Shown: positions 38,084-49,025 of the stretch, in pieces
Layout of the letters: the number at the start of each line of letters is the position of its first letter
How positions within the stretch are numbered: position 1 is the first letter of the stretch
NCBI GenBank assembly: GCA_016840035.1
Contig: JAEOTC010000121.1
Location: forward strand, 1-64,000
Reading direction: 5' to 3'
Source: Candidatus Hodarchaeota archaeon
GTDB taxonomy: Archaea; Asgardarchaeota; Heimdallarchaeia; Hodarchaeales; Hodarchaeaceae
Length of the DNA: 64,000 nucleotides
The notes under the pieces: model-generated
The model's input: the letters and a program-made list of their open reading frames with translations, nothing else
Database searches by the model: none
What the model was told of the DNA's origin: nothing
Translations under genes and position numbers: made by a program

Positions 38084-39139
38084 TTAGGAGTTAAATTGAG
38101 CATTTATTTGTTTTATCAAAGGCCTAAACCATGCAAGAAGAGTTAAATGACCACCAGGGTAACGATATAGCTGTTTGTCCAGCAATCTTGCAAGTTTATA
38201 AACACGATTGAAGGGAACGATCCTATCATATAAACCTCCAATGATCACAGTATTCTCGTTGGTTGTAAACGGATAGAAAGATTTTATATTAGTTGGATAT
38301 AAGATTTTATAACCAGAGCTTAGACCTTGCTCCTTATACTGTTGAATATAATTATTTGCGATTGGTACAATCTTGGTTTTTGAAGCAAGACCAAAAAGAA
38401 AAGGACTAGCTAAGGCTGCTATACAATCAATACCTGAAAGAACTTGAGAAGAAAGGGCAACAAGGTGACCCCCAAGAGATACACCGAAAAGTATCACACG
38501 ATCGTACTCCTTCTTTAGATACTTGATTAGGAATTGAATCTCGATAATAGATTGATTAAATGCCTCAAACATCCTAATAGGGTTACCATTTATAAAATAT
38601 GCACCAGAAAAGGGAGAATCATAAGGAACGCGATGATGATGGTATGGTAATTCTAAAGCAAAAATATCACTTTTGAATTGATTGAAAATGAGACGAAAGT
38701 AAAATTGTTCATGAAATATAAAATGCGATTCTGCATAACCATGAATGAAAAGAAAAGCTGTTTTCAACGGTTTAGATTTCTTTTTTCGATATTTATGTAT
38801 TATAATTTGTTTAAGGGGATCGAATTTAGAGTCATTAAATACTTCATTGGATATTGGTTGATAAGGAGTATATACGGATCCAATCGATTCATGAAATAAC
38901 CCTCGTTTAACTGTATCTTTCCAAAGGATCTCTCTATCATTTGAGTTCTTTAGAGTGAATATCTTACGTGGATTCTTCTTGTAAAAGGGTAAATATTCTT
39001 GGATTAAGCTATCATTAAGCAGAAAATCTTCTAAATATCCATTATTTCGGTATTGAAAATAGGATATGACCGGATATTCAAGTAAATCAGATGGAACAAT
39101 CTGGAATGTCTCAAAAAGTTGTTTAATGATTGCACTCAA
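38084..39139 (-). CDS. Alpha/beta hydrolase (ABHD18-like)
   Basis: FIHGY, LPYHHHR, GVSLGG nucleophile, YDRIVP, PGGH. Confidence 0.8.
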   Translation of the reverse strand: MSAIIKQLFETFQIVPSDLLEYPVISYFQYRNNGYLEDFLLNDSLIQEYLPFYKKNPRKIFTLKNSNDREILWKDTVKRGLFHESIGSVYTPYQPISNEVFNDSKFDPLKQIIIHKYRKKKSKPLKTAFLFIHGYAESHFIFHEQFYFRLIFNQFKSDIFALELPYHHHRVPYDSPFSGAYFINGNPIRMFEAFNQSIIEIQFLIKYLKKEYDRVILFGVSLGGHLVALSSQVLSGIDCIAALASPFLFGLASKTKIVPIANNYIQQYKEQGLSSGYKILYPTNIKSFYPFTTNENTVIIGGLYDRIVPFNRVYKLARLLDKQLYRYPGGHLTLLAWFRPLIKQINAQFNS

Positions 39140-39239
39140 GAAAATCTGTCCCTGATTGTATTTAACAATCTTAGAAATTCTTTATTTAAAAACTACTATA
39201 TTTGAATCTCATTCAACTTGACAGGACGTTCTGAATCAC

Positions 39240-40103
39240 CTACATTCTCTTTTTGAGAAAAGTGCCGTTCCGATACTCTTCAAATGCTATTCGTAGCTCT
39301 TCTTCTGTATTCATAACAATGGGGCCAGCCCATGCAATAGGTTCATTTATCGGCTTTCCTGAAATTAATAGGAAGCGTACTCCAGTATCCTCATTTGTTG
39401 TAACTTGTACAGTTTCTCCTTCTCTTTTGAATATAACTAAATTGTCTTGCTTCGTATATTCCTGACTATTAGGAGTAAATCGTCCTTTTCCCTCGAAAAT
39501 ATAAGCAAAAACCGTGTATCCATCATTAACTCCATGTTTAAAGGTTACTCCAGGGGGAATTTCAACATCTAGATAATGAGGTTCTGTAATGATCTCTTTT
39601 ACTGGGCCTTCGGTTTCTTTATAGTGGCCAGCAAGTACACGTACTTGAGTACCATCTTCTTCATTTATTACAGGAATGCTAGATGCGTGGATATCTTGGT
39701 ATCGCGGATCGATTAGTTTTGATACTCTTGGGAGGTTTACCCATAACTGAAATCCTGATAGCTTTCCTTTTGTTTGTTGGGGCATCTCTTCATGAATAAT
39801 ACCGCTTCCAGCAGTCATCCATTGAATATCACCTTCACTTAAAGCTCCTGAGTTTCCAAGACTGTCTTTATGCATGATTAAACCTTCTCGCATGTAAGTA
39901 ACAGTCTCAATTCCGCGATGAGGATGCCAAGGAAACCCCGCTATGTAATCATTGGGATTGTCAGATCCAAATGCATCAAGAAGTAAGAAAGGATCGAGTA
40001 ATTTCGTCTCTTGATGGCTGAAAACCCTTTTTAATTTAACACCCGCCCCATCCATGGTAGGAATACTTGATTGAATTTTATCAATAGTTCGAAATCTAAT
40101 CAT
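39240..40103 (-). CDS. Pirin family protein
   Basis: DPFLLLD, GFPWHPHRGIETVTY, WMTAGSGIIHEE, QLWVNLP, GPIVMNT. Confidence 0.95.
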   Translation of the reverse strand: MIRFRTIDKIQSSIPTMDGAGVKLKRVFSHQETKLLDPFLLLDAFGSDNPNDYIAGFPWHPHRGIETVTYMREGLIMHKDSLGNSGALSEGDIQWMTAGSGIIHEEMPQQTKGKLSGFQLWVNLPRVSKLIDPRYQDIHASSIPVINEEDGTQVRVLAGHYKETEGPVKEIITEPHYLDVEIPPGVTFKHGVNDGYTVFAYIFEGKGRFTPNSQEYTKQDNLVIFKREGETVQVTTNEDTGVRFLLISGKPINEPIAWAGPIVMNTEEELRIAFEEYRNGTFLKKRM

Positions 40104-40306
40104 AAGAAGAAGAGATTCTTGGATTCATTTAAGCTTCTCTCTGATAAAATCACAATTTAGGATTTCAAAAAATCGAAAGAAGTAAGTTATTCGAACCTAG
40201 ATACCCCTAGAAGATGGATAGTAATACAAATTCATGGATTGAATTAACTGCTCTCTAAAATCTCAGAGAGACAATAAATGAATAAATAAAATGTGAGGGG
40301 GAGTAT

Positions 40307-40579
40307 TCACATCTTAGATGCTGCTAATCTAATATCATCACTCTTTACAGTTTTACGACCAGAGTTATTGCAAATTTCAACAGCATACTTTGACAGTTTT
40401 AAGCTGTGTTCGGTCAGAACTGTATTAAGTGCGTCTACTGCATCAGCGGAAACTCGGAATGCACCTGCATCACGAATTAATCTTTCAACTCTAGCACTAG
40501 CAAATCCACCAGCTCCAGAGCTTGATTTCTTTGCGGGTGCGGCTTTTTTGACTTTTTTAGCGACTTTCTTCTTAGCCAT
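40307..40579 (-). CDS. Archaeal histone with Lys-rich N-terminal tail
   Basis: Histone fold ARVERLIR..GAFRVSADA...GRKTVKSDDI, preceded by MAKKKVAKKVKKAAPAKKSSSGAGG; ATG at 40579. Confidence 0.93.
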   Translation of the reverse strand: MAKKKVAKKVKKAAPAKKSSSGAGGFASARVERLIRDAGAFRVSADAVDALNTVLTEHSLKLSKYAVEICNNSGRKTVKSDDIRLAASKM

Positions 40580-41033
40580 ATTTTTCAATTCCTTTTCTCT
40601 TAAGGTAAGTTTAGTAACTTGTCGTGAGTTCTACATAAGGAACTATTCCCTTTAAAAACTTATTCCATTATATCCGGTGCATTCTAGAAAGCTAACCTCA
40701 GACAACAATCATCTGAGGGAACATGAACAATTAGAGATATAGCTAGAGGAGGGAAGCTAGAACTTTCAACTATCTCGGAAAATATGAGAAACCTGATAAA
40801 GGTACTACTTGATTATGACCAAAGAGATTCTCATATTCAGATATAGATTTTCATGAATAAGGACAATCACTCTTAGCCAATTTAAAAGAAATATAAAAAT
40901 ATTGATTCTCAACAGATTATATGAAGTTTAAAGCGCTATGCTTGTCTAATTTTGAATAAATTTGCCATTTAAAAAAAAGAATTATGAAATAGGACAAGGA
41001 GTTAAAATAAATTTCAAAATAAGAAAATGGTAA

Positions 41034-41966
41034 ATGCTCTGCGAAAATATGAAATACTCCTCTGAACAAGATGGTGAGTGGAGATTATATCCAGTGAAAA
41101 CGAAATTCTATACAGATCTAAATGTATTTTATCAACATGTTATCTCATTTCTGCTTAACCATGAAGCGGAGAATAATCTCCTTTTAGGAATCCTAAATAC
41201 TTTGAAAAAAGATATTGCTACTTATAGTAAGGAAAATCCCCCTATTTTTATTTCAGTAGAATCGGAAGATATGATTGAATTAGTTTCTATAAGGACTCCA
41301 CCTTATAATCAACTTATATCATATACCAAGGATTTGAAAATGATAGATAGATTGGTAGAAGAGCTCAACAGGAAGAAAATGAAAGTTCCGGGAGTTTTAG
41401 GTTTTAAGGAAGGTGCCTTAAGATTTGCAGAGAAGTGGTGTGAACTACATAGTCTGGAATTTAAGCTGGAAGTTAATGAAAGGATCTATAGGCTAGAACA
41501 GGTGAATCCAGAAACACTCGGAACAAATCAAGTTGAACTAGCAACAGATGAAGATGAGACTATTATTTTAGAAATGTCTAAGGGTTTTTTCTTTGAAGCC
41601 CTTCCTGAAGAGGCGATTGAAGTGACTGATCTTGAAGCTTCGCAGCAGAGGATGAAGAAATCGTTACAAGATAAAATGATTTTCGTTTTAAAGGTTGGAG
41701 GGCAAATTGTATCTATGGTCAAACAGGGTCATCATACACCAAATGGCCAGATAATAAGCGCAGTTTATACACCTCCTCAAAAGCGTAGGAAAGGATATGC
41801 AACTGAACTCGTAGCTAAAGTGAGTCAAAAAACTCTCTCTAAAGGGAAAAAATATTGTTTTCTATTTACTGATCTCTCCAATCCTACATCAAATAAGATT
41901 TATCAAACAATAGGATATCGTCCGGTCACTGATATGGATTTATATCGTTTTCATGAAAGGAAATAA
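41034..41966 (+). CDS. GNAT family N-acetyltransferase
   Basis: HEAENNLLLG; VYTPPQKRRKGYA; LFTDLSNPTSNKIYQTIGY; start uncertain. Confidence 0.88.
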   Translation: MLCENMKYSSEQDGEWRLYPVKTKFYTDLNVFYQHVISFLLNHEAENNLLLGILNTLKKDIATYSKENPPIFISVESEDMIELVSIRTPPYNQLISYTKDLKMIDRLVEELNRKKMKVPGVLGFKEGALRFAEKWCELHSLEFKLEVNERIYRLEQVNPETLGTNQVELATDEDETIILEMSKGFFFEALPEEAIEVTDLEASQQRMKKSLQDKMIFVLKVGGQIVSMVKQGHHTPNGQIISAVYTPPQKRRKGYATELVAKVSQKTLSKGKKYCFLFTDLSNPTSNKIYQTIGYRPVTDMDLYRFHERK

Positions 41967-41967
41967 G

Positions 41968-42201
41968 ATGAAAAAGAAACAAAAGTGTGTAAAATGTGGA
42001 GGAGCTTACACAGTTAATGTTCCTAATAGTTTTTTCGAGAGGGAGGAACATCTAGTCATTAAATGCCCATATTGTAGCTCCATTACATCTATGATGATAG
42101 AAGATGGAAAATTGATTCCTGAATCCGAAGCAAGCACTTATCTAAGAAGTTTACCACAAAAACAAGTCGAAACTGAACCTTGGGTTCAATTAATTAAATG
42201 A
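41968..42201 (+). CDS. Small zinc-ribbon protein
   Basis: CVKC...CPYC; start at 41953 or 41968. Confidence 0.65.
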   Translation: MKKKQKCVKCGGAYTVNVPNSFFEREEHLVIKCPYCSSITSMMIEDGKLIPESEASTYLRSLPQKQVETEPWVQLIK

Positions 42202-42293
42202 GAATAATTTTCAACTATTCTGAAAGATCTGAGAAGTTAAACCTTCGTTTTTTATAAAAAAAGATTTTGAATTGACTTATAGTCAAAACAAAT

Positions 42294-44042
42294 CTAAGCA
42301 ATGTCTCTTCTCGGGGTCCAATACTTTAAGACAGATATAAAGAAAATAATACTTACTACCCCAAATAGAATTGTTTCTGGAATTACTTGTTCTAGAAGAA
42401 TATCATTCAAAAGAATTCCCGCCACATCAATGTAATAGAAGGGAGAAAGATACAATAACCAATCCAATTCTTGATTTATATACCATATCATCGGTATGAA
42501 GAGCGCAATTAGAAAAGCACCAACTAGAGTTATTGGGATGTACTTTAAACGTGGAATAGAGGCAAATGCTACAAATAAAACAAGAAATAGACTATAACCG
42601 ATCCCTAAAAATATAAAAGTTAATACAGTTGCCCAAAAATCAGTAATTACGATATCTGAGTAAGTACTCATAAGTATCTCACTACTATACATTGCAATAA
42701 AATTACAGATCAGGATGATCCATAAACATAGGATAGTGGCCATTGTTCTTTGGAACAAAATTCGTGGACGTGTACGGGGCATAGACCAGGTAATTTCATC
42801 GTAACCAGCATTTTTATCACGTAAGACAATAGTATAGGTCATTATGAATAGAAATGGACCATAGAAAATCCAATGGAGGGTGAAATACTTTAAAATTACA
42901 AATCCTGCAAAAGTTGGAGTCATTGAATGTCCAAAAGTAAAAGCTGCTAAGATAGGAGAATCTAGCACAGCAGTCATTTCAGCAAATAGCAATGTCATTT
43001 CCTCGTCTCCAGGGTAATTTTGTGCGATTAATGCTTGCAAAATACTAGTTACAAATAAATAGATTAAGATAATTCCTGCAGTAGATTGGAGTTGATCTCT
43101 AAATGCCGGATATCTCCATCCAATTCGTGAAAGTATTGATTCAATTGGTGTTCGAAAAATAGAGATTTGTTTAATCTTAGTAATCAACTTATTTTGCCCA
43201 TCTTCATCCCTTCCACTTTTAGTATGAGATGATCGTGTTTCAATGTAATCTGTTCGATATAAGAAGAAGAGGATTAGGGAGATCAAAATAACTCCTAGAA
43301 AAAGGCATTTAACAATATATTCTTCATTCCAAGTTCCTGCTAAACCATGTCGGAGGGAACCAATTTGAGACATGAGATTAAGATCATTTATAAATGCTAA
43401 GGCGTCAATTCGCTCGATTTCAGCATATAATAGATTTAATGTAAAAGAAACGATAAAGAATATACCACCAAAAGCGTATCCTGTTCTGGTAGAGCTTTTG
43501 ATAGAGCTACCTAGTGTTGTTACCATTGTTACAATGAAAACAAAAAAAATAGGAAGAACAGAAGCGATTGTAAATGCAGACAAATTAGTACTGGTATCAT
43601 TTGATATTAAGAGTCCAGCACTGATTAGATAAGCAGGAAGTATTGTAAGGGGTATTAAAAGACAAATCATGATTAAATTTTCAATAAAGTTCCATAAAAT
43701 TGATTTTTCAGTGCTAAAAATTAATTCTTTTCCATCTTTTTCATTGAAGGGTAACATCTTCACTCCTAAAAAGATCCCTATAACTGGATAAAAATTTGTT
43801 AATGCGAAAGTAGAGAAGAACATTAATAACCATATCAACATACCATATTCACTCACATCTGCCACACCCATTAACATTTGAAATAAGGGTATTGAAACAA
43901 ATGTTTGAACCGCTTCAGGACCTGGGTAAATAAATCCAAACAATAGAGATATTACTGTAAAGATTATTAATGCAAGAAAAAAATAACCTCTGTATCTCTT
44001 GAAGTTCAACCAATAACGCTGAACTATATACTTAATTATCAA
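42294..44042 (-). CDS. ABC-2 type exporter permease, internally duplicated
   Basis: Two similar ~6-TM halves (NEKDGKELIFS / DKNAGYDEITWS), LSPFYY; TTG start overlapping the ATPase end. Confidence 0.78.
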   Translation of the reverse strand: MIIKYIVQRYWLNFKRYRGYFFLALIIFTVISLLFGFIYPGPEAVQTFVSIPLFQMLMGVADVSEYGMLIWLLMFFSTFALTNFYPVIGIFLGVKMLPFNEKDGKELIFSTEKSILWNFIENLIMICLLIPLTILPAYLISAGLLISNDTSTNLSAFTIASVLPIFFVFIVTMVTTLGSSIKSSTRTGYAFGGIFFIVSFTLNLLYAEIERIDALAFINDLNLMSQIGSLRHGLAGTWNEEYIVKCLFLGVILISLILFFLYRTDYIETRSSHTKSGRDEDGQNKLITKIKQISIFRTPIESILSRIGWRYPAFRDQLQSTAGIILIYLFVTSILQALIAQNYPGDEEMTLLFAEMTAVLDSPILAAFTFGHSMTPTFAGFVILKYFTLHWIFYGPFLFIMTYTIVLRDKNAGYDEITWSMPRTRPRILFQRTMATILCLWIILICNFIAMYSSEILMSTYSDIVITDFWATVLTFIFLGIGYSLFLVLFVAFASIPRLKYIPITLVGAFLIALFIPMIWYINQELDWLLYLSPFYYIDVAGILLNDILLEQVIPETILFGVVSIIFFISVLKYWTPRRDIA

Positions 44043-44991
44043 CGATTTCACCCTTTTTTCCTTCATAGAATTGTAAGAAAAACTCTTCGAGACTTGCAGG
44101 GGGATAGACAAGTTCTTCAGGATCCATAGCGAGAAGAGCTCCCATATTATCTTTAATTGAGTCCTCTGTTCTTATTAATAACCTAACGAAATTATCCTGT
44201 TTCCTATATTCTAGAAGTCTTTCACCAAACTCATTAAGACGGGATTCATCTGGGTTTTTTAGACGAGCTTCAAGAACACGTGGTACATCTTTATTTAAAT
44301 CGTTAATATCTTCAACACTAATCAGAATACCATCTTTTACAATCCCAACACGATCACATACTTTTTGTACCTCTTCCAGATTATGTGAACTCATGAATAA
44401 CGTTTTACCCTCATTTTTAGATTGTAATAAAAGCTTAAACACTTCTTGTTGTAGTAATGGATCTAATCCTGAGGTAGGTTCATCCATGATAAGAACGTCA
44501 GGATCATTCATAAAAGCAGAGACAATGCCTACCTTTTGTTTATTCCCTTTTGATAATTCACCAATTTTTTTAGTTAGATGAGGAGTTAATTCAAACCGAT
44601 CAATGATCTCTTGACGTCGTGATGCAGGTTTAGCGCGCATAGCTTCAATGTAATTAAGAAATTCTTTAATCGTATAATACTCTGGAAGAGCTAACTCTCC
44701 AGGTATATAACCTATCTTCTCACGGAGCTTTGGATTATCACGAGTAACATTTTCTCCATTTATTTTTATATATCCACTTGTTGGCAGTAATGTATTTATC
44801 ATACAACGAATAGTTGTTGTTTTTCCAGCTCCATTTGGACCAAGAAAACCAAAAATTTCCCCACTTTTAACATTTAAATCTAAATTCTCTATCCCACAGG
44901 TTTTTCCATAATATTTTGTTAATCCTTTAATTTCTATTGTAATATCAGAGCTCAAATTCTTCACCACGATTAGAAATAGAAATAAAAACAA
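44032..44991 (-). CDS. ABC exporter ATP-binding protein
   Basis: GPNGAGKT, LSKGNKQK, IMDEPTSGLD, SSH. Confidence 0.93.
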   Translation of the reverse strand: MFLFLFLIVVKNLSSDITIEIKGLTKYYGKTCGIENLDLNVKSGEIFGFLGPNGAGKTTTIRCMINTLLPTSGYIKINGENVTRDNPKLREKIGYIPGELALPEYYTIKEFLNYIEAMRAKPASRRQEIIDRFELTPHLTKKIGELSKGNKQKVGIVSAFMNDPDVLIMDEPTSGLDPLLQQEVFKLLLQSKNEGKTLFMSSHNLEEVQKVCDRVGIVKDGILISVEDINDLNKDVPRVLEARLKNPDESRLNEFGERLLEYRKQDNFVRLLIRTEDSIKDNMGALLAMDPEELVYPPASLEEFFLQFYEGKKGEIVDN

Positions 44992-45298
44992 TAATCTGTT
45001 TAAATTGAATAAAAATTATGCTAGAATCAATATCTAAAATTTATCTGTTTAGTTACAATTTTTCAAAGTCCGAATTTAAAGACTGTTGGTTTAGGTAATT
45101 TGGTTTGAAAAAGAACCATTTCAGGCCAGTTCTTCTTCTATATATGTTTTATATTGAAAATAAGATTGAAAAACCTAGTAGAACGCAAACAATGAATTCT
45201 TCTTTCAGAAAATTACTCGAATTAACCTCAATGATATTTGTAAATAGTTTTAATGTATGATAAAGATTGAAAGTTCGGTAACACTCCTAGGTGTTTGA

Positions 45299-46405
45299 AT
45301 GGCTTATACATTTCCCCAAATGCAATATATAGTACTCTCGTGGTTATCCGTCCTTTTGGCTATAAGTGGAACAATTATTGTATTTAGGATATATCGGAAA
45401 CTTAGAGCTAAACCATTGATCTATCTAGAATTAATTTTAATATTTCTGATCCCATATAATATTTCTCATGGTTTGTTATTTCTTGTGGGGTTTGAGGACC
45501 AGTCTGTAATGGAACTACTTTTTCGAATTCAAATGGTTTTCCTTTTCATTGTAGTTTTCTTCCTAGTTTTCTTTATAGAGTCACTAAGAGCTGATAGTCC
45601 TTCACCATTCATCTTGATGGCGCTTGGTTTAGGAATAGGTAATGGATTAGTCATGGCTATCATTCCTGACTCCATTCAATTCGATCTTGAAATAGGCCCT
45701 TATCTTGCAGATTTTGCACGGATAGTATTTGGAATTGATCTAGTGTGTCTAGCAATTCTTTTAACCTTAAGAATTGGTAGGTTCATTCCATACGTCCCCG
45801 AAAAATACTTTAAACCGGCTCTCCTCTTTTATTTTGGGTGTTTAAGCCCTATCTTATTTCCATTGGTATTAGTAAGTACAAAAATATCGTTAGTGATATT
45901 AGGGATAGAAATCTTAAGTGTAGCATTAGGTACATTCATTGTAATTATTGCAATATTACTTGATGAACGTGTATTACGAGTTTTACCTTTCAATGCTTAT
46001 CGAATATCTGTCATCAATATGAACATTGGATTATCGATTTTTGATGTTCTTTTTAAGGCAAAACAATCAGGCCCTAATTCTAGTGTCCTCATTCCACATT
46101 TAATGACTGCAAATTTCCAGTTTGTACAATCTGTTATCCATGATACGGAAAAAATTAAATCAATTGAGACTGATAATTATTATTTCATATTTGAAGCTTA
46201 TAAAGATATAGTAGCGTTTGTCATCGCTGATAAAACCTCAATGTTGATCAAATCTTCATTAAAGGAATTTGTTAAGAGCTTTTATGAAAAGTTTGGAGAA
46301 ACTATTGACTCCTCCGAGATTAGTCAATATACCAACGCAGGAGCATTATTGGAATTATATTTTGCTTATCTCCCAGCATATAAAATTGTTTCTATCGGTT
46401 CTTAA
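45299..46405 (+). CDS. 7-TM membrane protein with C-terminal longin-like domain
   Basis: Seven hydrophobic segments (aa 10-222), then ISVINMNIGLSIF...TANFQFVQSV...IKSIE...LKEFVKSFYEKF. Confidence 0.65.
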   Translation: MAYTFPQMQYIVLSWLSVLLAISGTIIVFRIYRKLRAKPLIYLELILIFLIPYNISHGLLFLVGFEDQSVMELLFRIQMVFLFIVVFFLVFFIESLRADSPSPFILMALGLGIGNGLVMAIIPDSIQFDLEIGPYLADFARIVFGIDLVCLAILLTLRIGRFIPYVPEKYFKPALLFYFGCLSPILFPLVLVSTKISLVILGIEILSVALGTFIVIIAILLDERVLRVLPFNAYRISVINMNIGLSIFDVLFKAKQSGPNSSVLIPHLMTANFQFVQSVIHDTEKIKSIETDNYYFIFEAYKDIVAFVIADKTSMLIKSSLKEFVKSFYEKFGETIDSSEISQYTNAGALLELYFAYLPAYKIVSIGS

Positions 46406-46508
46406 GAGACGATACCCCTTTAGACCAATCCCTTGGGTATCCATTCATTTACTCATTTCTGGAGGGGGAAATTTTTATTTTATACATAGTTACCCTTATT
46501 GATACTTC

Positions 46509-47948
46509 ATGGGACAAAATATACTCAGTTCACAACTCATTTCGGTACTTGATGCCATGATAGATCCAGTCCACATTATAGATAGAGATTTCACAATCAT
46601 ATTCATGAATGAGGCGTTTAAAAAATGGAACGCCCATTTTGGGTTTAAATCACAAGTGATTGGGAAAAATTTGACTGAAATTTTTCCTTTTTTGTCAGAT
46701 AGACCATTAGCCGAGTATAAATATATTTTTGATACAGGGGAGGCAATGGCCATTGCTGAAAGGACAAATCATCGACGAGAAGAATTCTATAATATCCAAC
46801 GCATCCCAATAATGGACGGGGTTACCAATGAAGTTTCTAACATAGTTACAATTATCCGTGATGTAACTAAAAGTGTTAGTGTTATGGAAGCGCTTAAAGA
46901 ATCGGAAAGAAAGTACCGATCGCTAATTCAGACAATGGGAGAAGGAGTATGGGTAACAGACAGATTAGATAGAACGATCTTAGTTAATTCAACACTCTTA
47001 AAGATGCTAGACTATTCGGAAAGCGAAATGCTCGGAAGAAAAGTAAGCGAGTTTTTAAGCCCAGAGTATCTTGATGCATTTGAGGAGGTACGGGAACAAC
47101 GTTTGTCTGAAGAAGTACCTGCTTCAACTTATGAATTGGTGTTTTTAACGAGAAACGGTTTAACAGTCCATACTAGAGTGGCAGGGACAGCATTATATAA
47201 TGAAGAGAATGAGATGATTGGTTCATTTGGAGTGATCTCTGATATTTCGACTGAAAAAAGATTTCAACAGCTTCAAGAACGATTTATTGGAGTAACAGCT
47301 CACGAATTAAGAACGCCTTTAGCGATTATTTCTGGGTACTTAGAACTTCTACTAAAAAATCCCTCAAATACTAAAGAACATCAAGACATTTATGATGCAA
47401 TGTTCAAAAACGCAGCAAGGTTGCATCAGCTCGTACAATCGGTACATGACCTAACGGCAATCCAAGCTAATGTTTTTACCATCAATCCAACAAAAACCAA
47501 TCTATTTGAGTTTATTTCCCAATTTAAAATACAAATCAAAATGCTTTATCCAGATCGAATGATTATTATTGACGAATTACTCCACACACTTCAGATTGAT
47601 CTAAATATAGATGCTAATAGAATAACACAGGTATTAGAGAATCTTGTGGATAACGCAGCTAAAAATTCACCTAAAAACAAGATCATAGCAATCAGCTTTA
47701 GTCATACGGAGGATTCTCTCCATGTTACAGTTCAGGATGAGGGAACGGGAATATCCAACCAGAAACTCTTTCAATTATTTCAACCCTTTTCTCATATCCC
47801 TAGTGAGTACTCTCAACGAGGGACAGGTTTGGGACTTTACATTGTAAAATCCATTATTTCTGCACATAATGGGATAATGAGTGTCTTTACACAGGAAAAC
47901 AAAGGTAGCTGTTTTTCTGTATCGATTCCTAGCATTGATGAACAGTGA
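46509..47948 (+). CDS. PAS-PAS sensor histidine kinase
   Basis: Two PAS domains, AHELRTPL, NLVDNAAK, VQDEGTG, GTGLGL. Confidence 0.93.
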   Translation: MGQNILSSQLISVLDAMIDPVHIIDRDFTIIFMNEAFKKWNAHFGFKSQVIGKNLTEIFPFLSDRPLAEYKYIFDTGEAMAIAERTNHRREEFYNIQRIPIMDGVTNEVSNIVTIIRDVTKSVSVMEALKESERKYRSLIQTMGEGVWVTDRLDRTILVNSTLLKMLDYSESEMLGRKVSEFLSPEYLDAFEEVREQRLSEEVPASTYELVFLTRNGLTVHTRVAGTALYNEENEMIGSFGVISDISTEKRFQQLQERFIGVTAHELRTPLAIISGYLELLLKNPSNTKEHQDIYDAMFKNAARLHQLVQSVHDLTAIQANVFTINPTKTNLFEFISQFKIQIKMLYPDRMIIIDELLHTLQIDLNIDANRITQVLENLVDNAAKNSPKNKIIAISFSHTEDSLHVTVQDEGTGISNQKLFQLFQPFSHIPSEYSQRGTGLGLYIVKSIISAHNGIMSVFTQENKGSCFSVSIPSIDEQ

Positions 47949-47957
47949 GAGTTAAAT

Positions 47958-48842
47958 TTACCCTTGTAAGCTATTACTCAAAAAATCAAGAACGGTATGT
48001 TTATATTCAGGTAAATATTCATGATTGAAGTGGGTACCTTCCTCTGGAGTCCATAATTGTGCATGTTTAATCGTTGTGCTTAATTCCTTGGAATAAGTGT
48101 AGGGGAAAATAATATCCTGTTTTCCATGAATTATTAAAGTAGGGACACTTATTTGTGGTGCAACATCTAAAGGACTGTAATCTCCTCTTTTAAACCTTCT
48201 AAATATTCTCCGAGTAATAAATGAAATACCTGGCATTAATACCGGTGTTAGTATCCGAAGTGCAGGCTTGTAGACAAATCTTAAACTGAAGGGAAATGCA
48301 TACGGAGGAGATTCTGCAATGATTGCTTTAACTTGGGAATTTTTTACACCAGCCAAGAGCGCTGCTCCTCCTCCGATTGAATGGCCACATAAAATTACCT
48401 GTTTAGACCACCAAGAAATTGTTGCTTTTAGATCCTGAGTAAAACGTATTATACTCATCCCGAAAAATTCTTTATCGGAATTTCCATGATCTCTTGCAGA
48501 GATAAGAATTGTTGTATAACCTTTTTCACCAAAAATCTTTGCTCGTGCAACCATACGTCCTCTATTACGTCCCCAACCATGAAGAAGTATTACTGCTGGC
48601 TTACTATCCTCTGATTCCTCTTTATTGTCTAAATTTTCACTAGGTACAACAACCCAGCATTCTAATTTTTTATTATTTACTGTAGGAATCGAATATTCTT
48701 CTATCCTTCCCCAATCAGGGATATCTGGCACTGGATCCCTCGGAAGTTTAGCTAAAATAAACATGATTACGATGCAGAGTATTAAGTAACCCAGGATTAA
48801 GGAAATCATAACTAGACTTAATTGGAGAAGAATTTCGACCAT
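47958..48842 (-). CDS. Membrane-anchored alpha/beta hydrolase
   Basis: N-terminal TM, LLHGWG, RDHGNS, GHSIGG, IIHGKQD, GTH. Confidence 0.88.
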   Translation of the reverse strand: MVEILLQLSLVMISLILGYLILCIVIMFILAKLPRDPVPDIPDWGRIEEYSIPTVNNKKLECWVVVPSENLDNKEESEDSKPAVILLHGWGRNRGRMVARAKIFGEKGYTTILISARDHGNSDKEFFGMSIIRFTQDLKATISWWSKQVILCGHSIGGGAALLAGVKNSQVKAIIAESPPYAFPFSLRFVYKPALRILTPVLMPGISFITRRIFRRFKRGDYSPLDVAPQISVPTLIIHGKQDIIFPYTYSKELSTTIKHAQLWTPEEGTHFNHEYLPEYKHTVLDFLSNSLQG

Positions 48843-49025
48843 AAAATGACCCTCTTTAGAGGAAATGTTTATGAGTTCTCATACTCCTTGGATTAACAAT
48901 CTTTCAACAATCCTTTATATTTCATTCTTGATCTTGAATAAAATATTAATTATAAGAAAATAAGGAAGTTTCTAACGAATTAAATTCTAGAATCCCTGGA
49001 AAACCAATTAGAAGAGGAAATAATA

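Noticed and set aside
40293-40655. 120-aa + strand ORF and the many other antisense ORFs in the track (e.g. 31896, 20173, 13742)
   Set aside because: Shadows of well-supported genes on the opposite strand, with no motifs of their own
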